Assembly: GCA_035636195.1 (NCBI GenBank)
Contig: DASPZP010000034.1
Coordinates: 715-64,714 of the forward strand
Length of the DNA: 64,000 nucleotides
Direction of reading: 5' to 3'
Source of the DNA: Anaeromyxobacteraceae bacterium
Lineage (GTDB): Bacteria > Myxococcota > Myxococcia > Myxococcales > Anaeromyxobacteraceae
The notes beneath the pieces were generated by a model. It ran no database searches. It was not told the DNA's origin and saw only the letters and a list, made by a program, of their open reading frames with translations. Positions 8,167-16,454 of this stretch are shown here, piece after piece. Position 1 is the stretch's first letter. Every line of letters starts with the position of its first letter. The position numbers were made by a program, and so were the translations under genes.

Positions 8167-8881
8167 GGCAAACGACCGCCGGGGTCATGGACTCGAGATA
8201 CGCGACCGCGTCGAAGGCGGTCTGCCCCACATGATCGACGTTCAGGGCGGCCACCGTGCACTGCTTCAGCGCGGCACCGCCGGCCAGCACCCTGACATGA
8301 GCCAACCCCGCCCGTGCCAGGGCCGGCTTGAGTGCTCGAACCTGCGGGATGACGCTGGAGATGAGGCCGCTCACGCACACCGCCGCCGCCCCGCACTGCG
8401 CCGCCGCGCTGATGACGGCCGCCACCGACACGTCCTTGCCGCAGTCGATCACATGGAAGCGGTTACCGGTCAGGACGATCTTGAGGATGGCCTTGCCGAT
8501 GTCATGGATGTCGCCTTCCAGGACGGCCACCACCACGTTGCCGCGCACGGCCGGCAGCGCGGCATCGTCTGGAAAGAGCCGGCGGATCACGGCCATCACC
8601 GCCCGCCCGGCCAGCATGATCTCCAGGAGATTGAACTGCTCGGCGGTACACTTCTTGTCGAGCGCCGCCATGGCCTTCTCGATGCCGCCGGTGATGATGT
8701 CGACGGAGGGCATCCCCCCGCTCACGAGGTCGGCGACGATCCGGAGCGATTGCTCCCGCTCGCCCTCGGTGAGCGCCTGGACCAAGGATTCGAGTTCGGG
8801 TGGCATCGTTTCTTGCGATGATACCGCGTCCCTGGTGGGGTGCCTATCAGCGACGCTAGGCTGCGCGGAACGGTCCGACAT
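8159..8881 (-). CDS. Cobalamin-binding corrinoid protein (B12-binding domain with N-terminal helical cap)
   Basis: DxHxxG motif (GDIHDIGK) and a Rossmann-like B12-binding domain after the helical cap LVQALTEGEREQSLRIV. An alternative start is ATG 8806. Confidence 0.85.
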   Translation of the reverse strand: MSDRSAQPSVADRHPTRDAVSSQETMPPELESLVQALTEGEREQSLRIVADLVSGGMPSVDIITGGIEKAMAALDKKCTAEQFNLLEIMLAGRAVMAVIRRLFPDDAALPAVRGNVVVAVLEGDIHDIGKAILKIVLTGNRFHVIDCGKDVSVAAVISAAAQCGAAAVCVSGLISSVIPQVRALKPALARAGLAHVRVLAGGAALKQCTVAALNVDHVGQTAFDAVAYLESMTPAVVCHG

Positions 8882-8887
8882 TCGCGC

Positions 8888-11143
8888 TCAGCGGCGGCGC
8901 GGGCCGTTGAAGGGCTCCGGCTGGGGTGTCGGCGGAGGACAGCCGGGCCCGCCTGGGCTCGCCTGGAGTGCCTTGATCGACAGGCCCATCCGCTTGCGTG
9001 CGAGATCTACGGACAGGACCTTCACTCGCACCCGATCGCCGACCTTGACGATTTCGCCGGGGTCCTTGACGAAGCGGTTGGCAAGTTCGCTCACGTGCAC
9101 GAGCCCATCCTGATGAACACCCACGTCCACGAACGCCCCGAACGCAGCCACGTTGGTGACGAGGCCATTGAGCGTCATGCCTTCCTTCACGTGAGCGAGC
9201 TCGGTCACGTTGGCATCGAAGCCAACCTCGCGGAACTCCGCCCGCGGGTCTCGCCCCGGCTTCATCAGCTCCAAGACGATGTCTCGTAGCGTCGGCACAC
9301 CGACGCCGGCCTGCTCGTCCACGTACGACTGGATGTCGATGCGTTGCGCGAGCGTGCCATTCCCGACCAGGTCTCCCCGTGGCACCCCCAGGTCCTTCGC
9401 CATCCGGGTGACGACGGCGTAGCGCTCAGGGTGGACCGCGCTCGCGTCGAGCGGCTCGGTGCCATGCGGCACGCGCAGAAAGCCCGCGCACTGTTCGAAC
9501 GCCTTGCTGCCGAGCCGCGGCACCTCCTTGATGGCAGCCCGCGTCTTGAAGGGTCCGTGGCTCGCCCGGTGCGCGACGATGGCCTTGGCGAGCGCGGGAC
9601 CCAAGCCCGCCACGTAGCGCAGCAAGGTCGGCGATGCCGTGTTCAAGTTCACGCCAACCTGGTTCACGGCGCGTTCCACCACGCGGTCGAGCGACGCCGC
9701 GAGCGCCGCCTGGTCGACGTCGTGCTGGTACTGACCGACACCGATGCTCTTGGGGTCGATCTTCACCAGCTCCGCCAGCGGGTCCTGCAATCGCCTGCCA
9801 ATCGAGACGGCGCCTCGCAAGGTGACATCCAGCTCGGGAAGCTCTTCGCGCGCCAGCTCGGAGGCAGAGTACACCGACGCTCCGGCCTCGCTCACCATGA
9901 GAACCTTGACCGTGCCCGGCAGGGCAACGAGCCTGCGAATGAAGGCCTCGGTCTCCCGCCCGGCCGTCCCGTTGCCAATGGCAATCGCCGCGGGTGCTTG
10001 GGTCCGGATGAGCCCGGCGAGGGTTGCCACCGCGGTCTGCTCCTGGCCGGTATGTGGATAGATGGTCGCGAGCGCTTTCACGTCGCCCTCCGCGTTGAGC
10101 GCCGCCACCTTGCAGCCGGTCCGCAGGCCGGGGTCGATGGCGAGGACCGGGACGGACCCGAGCGGCGCCGCGAGCAGCAGCGCCTCCAGGTTCTGCGCGA
10201 AGACACGGATGGCTTCCTCGTCGGCGCGGTCCTTGAGCTTGCGCCGCAGCTCGCTCTCGAGCGAAGGCAGAAGCAGCCGCTCTCGAGCCTCGGCGAGCGC
10301 GAGGTCGAGCTCATGGGCCAGCACGGGCGGCGCGCCCTTGCGCACCACGCGTGCCCGCACTGCCGCTGCCGCATCGTCGGGCGAGATCAGAACGCGAACG
10401 CGCAGGACACCTTCGGCCTCTCCCCGCTCGGCCGCGAGTACCCGGTGCGACGGGGCGTTCATGGCGCGCTCCCGGCGGCCCAGGTGGTCGCGGTAATGGG
10501 CGAGCTCGGGGGCCGCTGATCTTCCGCGGGCCACGTCCACCGTGAGCTCACCCTTGGTTTCGAGGAGCCGACGTACCTCGGCCCGGACGTCGGCGCGCTC
10601 GGCTACCTGCTCCGCGACGATGTCCCGCGCGCCCTGGAAGACCGCGTCCAGGTCAGGCAGCTCCTTGGCAGGAGCGACGTAAGGCGCGCCGAGTGCTTCA
10701 CGGCTCTGTGCCTTCGCACCTGGCGCCTGTTCGAGAATGAGCGCGGCGAGGGGACCGAGGCCTCTCTCCCTCGCCGTCTGCGCCCGCGTCCGGCGCTTGG
10801 GCTTGTAGGGCAAGTAAACGTCTTCCAGCTCGGTGAGCGTGGCGGCGGCGCCGACCGCACGCGCGAGCTCGGGAGTCAGGATGTTCTGCTCACGCAGCGA
10901 CTCGAGGATGCTGGTCCGGCGGGCTTCGCGGGCATCTACCCGGGCGGCGTGGTCGTGGATGCGCTGGATCGCCCCGTCGTCGAGGCCGCCCGTGACCTCT
11001 TTACGGTAGCGCGCGACGAAGGGGACGGTGGCCCCGCCGTCGAGCAGTTCGAGCGTGCGGGCCACCGCGGCGGGCGGAAGGGAGAGCTCGCGCGCGACCA
11101 TGGTGGCGCGGTCCGCAACGGCTGCGTGGGTCATGGGAAACAC
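8888..11143 (-). CDS. tex: Tex-like transcription accessory protein (S1 domain RNA-binding protein)
   Basis: 751 aa. N-terminal LLDGGATVPFVARYRKEVTGGLDD signature, YqgF/HhH middle, C-terminal S1 domain (GLVTNVAAFGAFVDVGVHQDGLVHVSE). Confidence 0.9.
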   Translation of the reverse strand: MFPMTHAAVADRATMVARELSLPPAAVARTLELLDGGATVPFVARYRKEVTGGLDDGAIQRIHDHAARVDAREARRTSILESLREQNILTPELARAVGAAATLTELEDVYLPYKPKRRTRAQTARERGLGPLAALILEQAPGAKAQSREALGAPYVAPAKELPDLDAVFQGARDIVAEQVAERADVRAEVRRLLETKGELTVDVARGRSAAPELAHYRDHLGRRERAMNAPSHRVLAAERGEAEGVLRVRVLISPDDAAAAVRARVVRKGAPPVLAHELDLALAEARERLLLPSLESELRRKLKDRADEEAIRVFAQNLEALLLAAPLGSVPVLAIDPGLRTGCKVAALNAEGDVKALATIYPHTGQEQTAVATLAGLIRTQAPAAIAIGNGTAGRETEAFIRRLVALPGTVKVLMVSEAGASVYSASELAREELPELDVTLRGAVSIGRRLQDPLAELVKIDPKSIGVGQYQHDVDQAALAASLDRVVERAVNQVGVNLNTASPTLLRYVAGLGPALAKAIVAHRASHGPFKTRAAIKEVPRLGSKAFEQCAGFLRVPHGTEPLDASAVHPERYAVVTRMAKDLGVPRGDLVGNGTLAQRIDIQSYVDEQAGVGVPTLRDIVLELMKPGRDPRAEFREVGFDANVTELAHVKEGMTLNGLVTNVAAFGAFVDVGVHQDGLVHVSELANRFVKDPGEIVKVGDRVRVKVLSVDLARKRMGLSIKALQASPGGPGCPPPTPQPEPFNGPRRR

Positions 11144-11210
11144 ACTAGCGCTTTCGCCTCCTGAAGCCGGAGGAGGCTGTCGCTTGAAGAGGCGCGTCAG
11201 GTATTCGTAG

Positions 11211-11471
11211 GTGAACCTCCAGATTCCCGAACGGAGGCGCTGCAGGGCGTCGAGCTCAGCGAGCCGCGTTCACGCGGTGCGCTACCACGGCTCTTCGCGC
11301 CACACGCCGGGCTCCGCAGCCGCGTCGTCCCCGAGTGACAAGTGGAAGGAAGCGATCGACCGTATGGAGGGGGTTGGGACGGAGGTCCCTGGCGGCAAGA
11401 AGCTGGCGGCCCTCCTCGACTACCTGGAGCGCACCCACGGGCCGGACAGCCCGGCACCCGCCAAGAAGTAA
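11211..11471 (+). CDS. Small hypothetical ORF (possibly a decayed cytochrome-c-like fragment)
   Basis: 86-aa ORF with a GTG start. Only the tail KWKEAIDRMEGVGTEVPGGKKLAALLDYLERTHG looks protein-like. No CxxCH motif. Confidence 0.25.
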   Translation: MNLQIPERRRCRASSSASRVHAVRYHGSSRHTPGSAAASSPSDKWKEAIDRMEGVGTEVPGGKKLAALLDYLERTHGPDSPAPAKK

Positions 11472-11600
11472 TACACCAGACCGGCGCCGCCGCCTCGTCC
11501 GGGGGAACAAACTCCGCTTACGCCCCGGACTGACCGTGCCCGCCCACGGTCGGTGCAGAACCTTGTGCTCCTCGGCGTTCGCAGAGACGGAGGTACGGCA

Positions 11601-12071
11601 ATGTCGACTCGGATCGGTCTCCGACAACTGCGGTCGTGGGCCGTCCTACTTGGATTAGGCACCGCGCTTGGCGCATCGGCCCAATCGAAGCAGCCCGAGC
11701 CACCGAAGGTGCCGTTCGGAAATCAGCCCTGTCAGTCGCTCTCGTCGAACGACCAGACTGCGTTGAAGATGTTCACCCCCGTCCACGCGAACGCCTCCCG
11801 CGCGCCCGGCACGCTGACGTTCGACAACGTATGCGACTACGTCCACGGCGGGACCCGGCAGGTGCAGGTCGGTTACATGACGAAGGGCGACTACGACCTC
11901 AACAGCCACGGAAACCGGAGTACGGAGAAGCAGGCCCCCGGTGACCTCCCCGGCGGGTTCTACGACGCACAGGGCGGGCTCTGGTTCGCCAAGGGCGGCT
12001 ACTACGTTGTGGTGGCCGGGAAGAGCGCGTTGCGAGAGCCCGTGGCGCGACTGATCGCAGGGAAGCTGTAA
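11601..12071 (+). CDS. Secreted hypothetical protein
   Basis: ATG 11601 is preceded by GGAGG. Signal peptide MSTRIGLRQLRSWAVLLGLGTALGASAQS. Globular-looking remainder with no recognised motif. Confidence 0.55.
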   Translation: MSTRIGLRQLRSWAVLLGLGTALGASAQSKQPEPPKVPFGNQPCQSLSSNDQTALKMFTPVHANASRAPGTLTFDNVCDYVHGGTRQVQVGYMTKGDYDLNSHGNRSTEKQAPGDLPGGFYDAQGGLWFAKGGYYVVVAGKSALREPVARLIAGKL

Positions 12072-12275
12072 CTTGAATACTTGGTCTCGCTGTCTCCACC
12101 AGCGTCACTGCTGTGGAGTCCTCCGGGCACCAACCGCAGGTTTACGTCCGTTTGCATCCGCCTGGAGCCGTTCTTCCGGGCCCACCATGACTGGAAGCTC
12201 AGGTTCTGGGAGAACGCCAAAGCCTCGCTCTGGGCGGAGGCCGTCATGTCGGCGCCGTGACGGTAGGCGCTCAGG

Positions 12276-12428
12276 TCAACACGGGGCGCGGCGAGGACTT
12301 ACGGAGATCCGGTGATGCTCCAACTCGCCGCGGCGGCACAGCGAGTACACCGTCGCGGTCGATACGCGGAGGCGCTCGGCGACGGCGCCCACGGTGAGCT
12401 CGACCTCTCCGAAACGGGCTCGGAGCAC
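12276..12428 (-). CDS. Excisionase/AlpA-type helix-turn-helix DNA-binding protein (short, possibly truncated)
   Basis: LTVGAVAERLRVSTATVYSLCRRGELEHHRIS matches the HTH_17/excisionase pattern. Lies just left of att copy 2. The GTG 12428 start is a guess. Confidence 0.45.
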   Translation of the reverse strand: MLRARFGEVELTVGAVAERLRVSTATVYSLCRRGELEHHRISVSPRRAPC

Positions 12429-12577
12429 AGCCTGGACCGTGGCACCAAGGGTGGCACCAAACTTCGGGCTACTTGCTGCGGCTTGCTGCGGCCGGTGCGG
12501 GTCGGGCTTGTCGCCCAATGCAGTAGTTGCGGGCCCTTGCGGCCGCGTGCGGCCCGGTGCGGGAGGTGTTCTTCGCC

Positions 12578-12622
12578 TTCCCAAGCTGAGGGTCGCCGGT
12601 TCGAATCCGGTTTCCCGCTCCA
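12578..12622 (+). repeat. tRNA-Gly(CCC) 3-prime half fragment, att-like copy 2
   Basis: Identical to 318-362. Followed by the same hairpin plus TGGGCAACC x2 module as copy 1. No D arm or 5-prime anticodon stem upstream. Confidence 0.75.
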
Positions 12623-12768
12623 AGTAAATCCAGGGGTTCCGACGCGAGGCGGGGCCCCTTGGCTCTGGGCAACCGTCTGGGCAACCTTTTTTCGTGATCG
12701 CGTTCGCTCCCGGCCGGCTGAGCGGGTTGCGCGTCTACCGCGCTCGCGTTCACGATTTGTGCGGTGCC

Positions 12769-13563
12769 TCTCGCCGGCGGCAGGCCGATGGAGACCACGT
12801 TCCGCGCGCGCGCCAGGCGCTCGGGCACCATGTGCTGGTAGAGCCGGGTGACGCTCTCCTCGCTGTGGCCGAGGACCTGCGCGAGGAGCCCGATGTCCGG
12901 CTGCCCAGCGAGGAAGTGAGACGCGAACGTGTGGCGCAGCGTGTGAGGCCCGCCGCGGAGACCCGCAGCCTTCCGCGCGCGGTCGAACTGCAGCTTCGGC
13001 CAGCAGGTCCAGCGCTCGCCGGTGCTGCACGGGAACACCCACTTCTCCGACCGGCGCGGCCCCGTGAGTTATGGCCAGAGCGCGTCGGAGATCGGCACCT
13101 CGCGAGGCTCGTTGTCCTTGGGCTGCCACTCGTCCGACGGCCAGATCAGGACCTGGCGCCCGGCGACGTCGATCTGCGGCCACGTGAGCGCCAGCGCCTC
13201 GCCCTTGCGCATGCCGGTGTTGAGGAGGCAGACGACGATGGGGAGCAGCTCGGGCGACTCGTCCCTGACCGCGGCGAGGAGCAGGTCGATCTCCTCGCGC
13301 GTCCAGGCGCGCACGCGCCGCTCGCTCTCCTCAAGTAGCCGGATGTGAACGTCCGCGATCGCCACCTTGCGCTCGCGCGCGGCGAAGTTGAGCACGATGC
13401 GCAGCACGCGCAGCTCGTTGTTGATCGAGACGTTCTTGAGCCCATCCTCGCGGCGCCTCCGCTTGTAGTCGTCGATGGCTCGCGCGTGGATCTCGGTGCG
13501 ACTCGAACCGCCGGATGCGGATCCGCACGTCCGGTGGTGTGGGAGGGGAGTAGCTGGACGAAC
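12769..13563 (-). pseudogene. Tyrosine recombinase (phage-type integrase) with an in-frame TAA nonsense codon
   Basis: Core-binding part ...IHARAIDDYKRRRREDGLKNVSINNELRVLRIVLNFA... and catalytic part ...LLNTGMRKGEALAL..., HTLRHTFASH, LGHSEESVTRLYQH are in one frame. That frame is interrupted at ALWP*LTGPRR (stop at 13069-13071). The N-terminus looks short. Confidence 0.8.
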
Positions 13564-13653
13564 CGGCTACCCCCTATCCCGATCACCTCTGCGCCTCACT
13601 CCGGCACAGGGCTACTCGTCGGTTTGAGGCCGAGCGCGAAGCGCGAGGCTTCG

Positions 13654-14436
13654 CTAGTGATTCTTGAGCGCGTTGCAAAGGCTGAGCGCCAATGCCTTCC
13701 GGCTTGGGTTCCCGGCGAGTTGGCTGCTGTTTGCAATGCCAGTGCAGACATCGCTGAGAGGCGTCTGAACGGCTGGTGCGACGACGGCGGGGTCATTCGT
13801 GAAAATGGTGCCGTCAGCGAGCTCGGGGCGGATGGGGCCGAAGAGGTTAAAGACGGTCCCACCCTGGCTCCAGGTGCCCTTTCGGTCATGGCACTCGGCG
13901 CAACCCAAGTTCTTAGCGGGGGACATCGTGTCGGCAACCACCTTGAAGCTAACCGCGGTGTCGACATCCGCCATCTTCTGGACGAATGGGAACGCTGCAA
14001 CCTCAGGGTCGTCCGACCCGGTCTTCTTGCTCACATCCTCGCCGATTTCGATGTGATTGATGACGCCCCCCGTCGTGCACAAGCTGAAGGACGGCCGGAA
14101 CCGCTGATCCTGAGCAATAGAGCCCGCGCAGCTGAAGATCACCCGCGGAAGCCTGGTGCCGTCTCTCAGCGTGCACCCTGGTTGCGCGCTTTCCTCGCTC
14201 AACGTCCAGGTGACGTAGCAGCCCGAAGGAACGCACGCCACAGCGTCGGCGACTGTCCTGGGTGTCGGGATCGAGGCCAGACAGGTGTCAAATGAGGAGA
14301 GACTGTTACCCGGAGCGGTCAAAGCGGCGGAATTGGTGCTCTCCGTGGCGTCGGGTGCCTGCCCCCCGCACGCCAGCAGCGAAGACATCACACCCGCGAA
14401 AGCGACATTCATCACATCTTTCACGAACAACTTCAT
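13654..14436 (-). CDS. Cysteine-rich lipoprotein with a single c-type heme motif (CAECH)
   Basis: ATG 14436 is preceded by GGAGGA. Lipobox LLACGG, one CxxCH (CAECH) and more than 10 further Cys. Sits in a visibly lower-GC patch. Confidence 0.7.
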   Translation of the reverse strand: MKLFVKDVMNVAFAGVMSSLLACGGQAPDATESTNSAALTAPGNSLSSFDTCLASIPTPRTVADAVACVPSGCYVTWTLSEESAQPGCTLRDGTRLPRVIFSCAGSIAQDQRFRPSFSLCTTGGVINHIEIGEDVSKKTGSDDPEVAAFPFVQKMADVDTAVSFKVVADTMSPAKNLGCAECHDRKGTWSQGGTVFNLFGPIRPELADGTIFTNDPAVVAPAVQTPLSDVCTGIANSSQLAGNPSRKALALSLCNALKNH

Positions 14437-15157
14437 TTCGTCCTCCCAACAGCTTACCCCGAGGGTCACTCGGAGGCAAAGGGACTGAGCTCTTTCACTA
14501 CCCCGGACTCCTCCTGTCGTCTCTTGCCTCCTTGCTCTCGAATGCACCGACGGCAAACACAGCGATACGGGCGACCGAGGGTACGGACCAGCACAGCCGG
14601 CCGCGTTGCACTGTTGGTTCAATGCTTAACGCTTGCTTCCTTCCGATCGAGGTCAGCACCGTGACTGCCCGCCGAAGAAGGCCACGGCAAGGTGCACAGC
14701 TCGTGAGGCGCGGCGTTCGGGAACTGATATGGCCTAGGAGCAGACGACGCAGCTCCTGCGCGGCAGAAATGAAGGGGTGCCTGCTAGTGGGGACCGCGCG
14801 CGGGTTTGGCAATCACGATTGGATGATGACCCAATTCGTGCGATCCGGATTGGGTCGCGGCGCGTGCAAGAGACGGCGGCTCAGGACGCCAGGCGCTCCC
14901 TGAAGGGTCATCGCGTCAGATCGCTGCTCCCCGCGAGTCCCCATGACCAGCGCGATCCCGTGACGAGCTCCTCGGGCCGTCCCACGGGAGGCGTTGTGCA
15001 TCGACGCCTACCACGCGTGCACGGTCGGTGGAACGCTGAAGTGCTGCCAGGGCGCCTGCGACGTGAGCGGCGTCTGCCCGCCGCCGACGGGGTAGCGGCT
15101 CCGGGGCCAACTCCGGCAGCATCTGGACGCCGGTTCAGCGGGTGCTAGGATGCCCGC

Positions 15158-15283
15158 GTGGTCGTCCTCGGCATCGATCCCGGCTCGCGCCGCTGCGGCT
15201 ACGGGATCGTGTCGCGATCCGGGTCCGCCCTGGCCCGCCTCGACTCGGGCGTGCTCGTGCCCGGCCCGCTCGCCACGGCCTAG
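15158..15283 (+). pseudogene. ruvC: RuvC Holliday-junction resolvase N-terminal stub (about 42 codons)
   Basis: VVVLGIDPGSRRCGYGIVSRSGSALARLDSGVLVPGPLATA* matches the RuvC N-terminus (LGIDPGSxxxGYG with the catalytic Asp). TAG at 15281-15283. Only RLGRLL follows in frame before the similarity ends. Confidence 0.6.
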
Positions 15284-15687
15284 CGCCTCGGGCGGCTCTT
15301 ACGGCGAGCGCGGCGAGGTCGCGTTCGTCCCCGCGAGCGCACGACGGCCTCCTCGAGGCCCATGTCCCGCCTGGCGCTGAAGAAGAGCGGCGCCCCGTAG
15401 GCGGTCAGCGTCGGACGCGGATCCTTCGAGTGGGTTGCCATCCTCCCGAGATCATAGCGGCTGGACGGCACCTTGGCTCCGGCCGCCCAGACCACTCCGG
15501 TCGAGGCGACCGGTCTCGTCAGTTGGCCTTCACTCGCAGTACCTCATGAGCAGGCCGCCGCCGGCGATGCGTTGGGCAACCTTTGGGCAAACCTTTTTCC
15601 CCGGAAACCGCGTTCATCCCCTCCCAACCGCTGCAACCGCCCTCGTGATTTCAGGAGCTTGGCTCCTCGCCATCCCCGGGCTGCACA

Positions 15688-15732
15688 TTCCCAAGCTGAG
15701 GGTCGCCGGTTCGCATCCGGTTTCCCGCTCCA
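15688..15732 (+). repeat. tRNA-Gly(CCC) 3-prime half fragment, att-like copy 3
   Basis: Same 45-mer with one mismatch (C at 15714 in the T loop). The downstream flank differs from copies 1 and 2. A TGGGCAACC/TGGGCAAACC pair lies about 100 bp upstream (15573-15593). Confidence 0.7.
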
Positions 15733-15866
15733 GTTTCCGAGGTGATGACGAGGGCTTCCGGGGCGACCCGGGAGCCCTTCGTCTTTCCGGCTCCCTCGAA
15801 AACCTTGCCCGGTATCTCGCGAGCCTCGCGTTCTCGGCGAAGTCACAAAGGATTCCGCCGTGACCT

Positions 15867-16454
15867 TCAGCTTCCGAGAATCGAGGCCCGCCTCCCCGCG
15901 CCGGGAACACAGACTCGCGGGCGGCGGAGCGAGCGGCGCGCCGCGAGGGGGCCGATGCTGGCGATCAGCCCGGCCGCAGCCGCCGCGGCCAGGATCGACC
16001 AGGAACCAGCGGCACCGGGCTTGACCGTCATGAGACCCAGGATCCCGACGCCTAGGGCGATGCGGAGTCGGAGCGACGCGGTCAGCGCCTGGCCGGACCG
16101 GAGCGGGAGCTCCGACGGTGGCTCGGCCGCGAGGGCTGCGCGCAGCCGCCTCGTGCGCCGGAGCGAGACGACGCTGGCCACGGCCATCCCGACGAGCCCG
16201 ACGAAGGCGCTGACGAGCCAGGGCTGAGGCCCCCAGCTCACGGCCATCATCCAGATCCCGGACGCGAGCGTTGCGGACATGGGGATGGGACCGAGGCGCC
16301 AGGGGAGCGCGAGCAGGCTCATCCAGACGCGGGCGTCCGCGGGCGTCGCCGCCCGCTGGAGCCTTCCGAGCGAGACGGTCTCGATCGCGATCGTCGCGAA
16401 GATGCCGACCGCGCCGATGACGTGGACGAAGACGATGAACGGATAGGCGGTCAT
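15867..16454 (-). CDS. Integral membrane protein (about 5 TM, DUF2269-like by recall)
   Basis: MTAYPFIVFVHVIGAVGIFATIAIE... with repeated hydrophobic spans. ATGA overlap with the upstream gene at 16451-16454. Confidence 0.65.
   Translation of the reverse strand: MTAYPFIVFVHVIGAVGIFATIAIETVSLGRLQRAATPADARVWMSLLALPWRLGPIPMSATLASGIWMMAVSWGPQPWLVSAFVGLVGMAVASVVSLRRTRRLRAALAAEPPSELPLRSGQALTASLRLRIALGVGILGLMTVKPGAAGSWSILAAAAAAGLIASIGPLAARRSLRRPRVCVPGAGRRASILGS

Noticed and set aside
15280-15495. 71-aa minus-strand ORF (MATHSKDPRPTLTAYGAPLFFSARRDMGLEEAVV...RRARRKSRPRR)
   Set aside because: It has no motif and an Arg-rich tail. It overlaps the decayed ruvC continuation on the other strand and lies in the att P-arm region. 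It is insufficient evidence for a gene.
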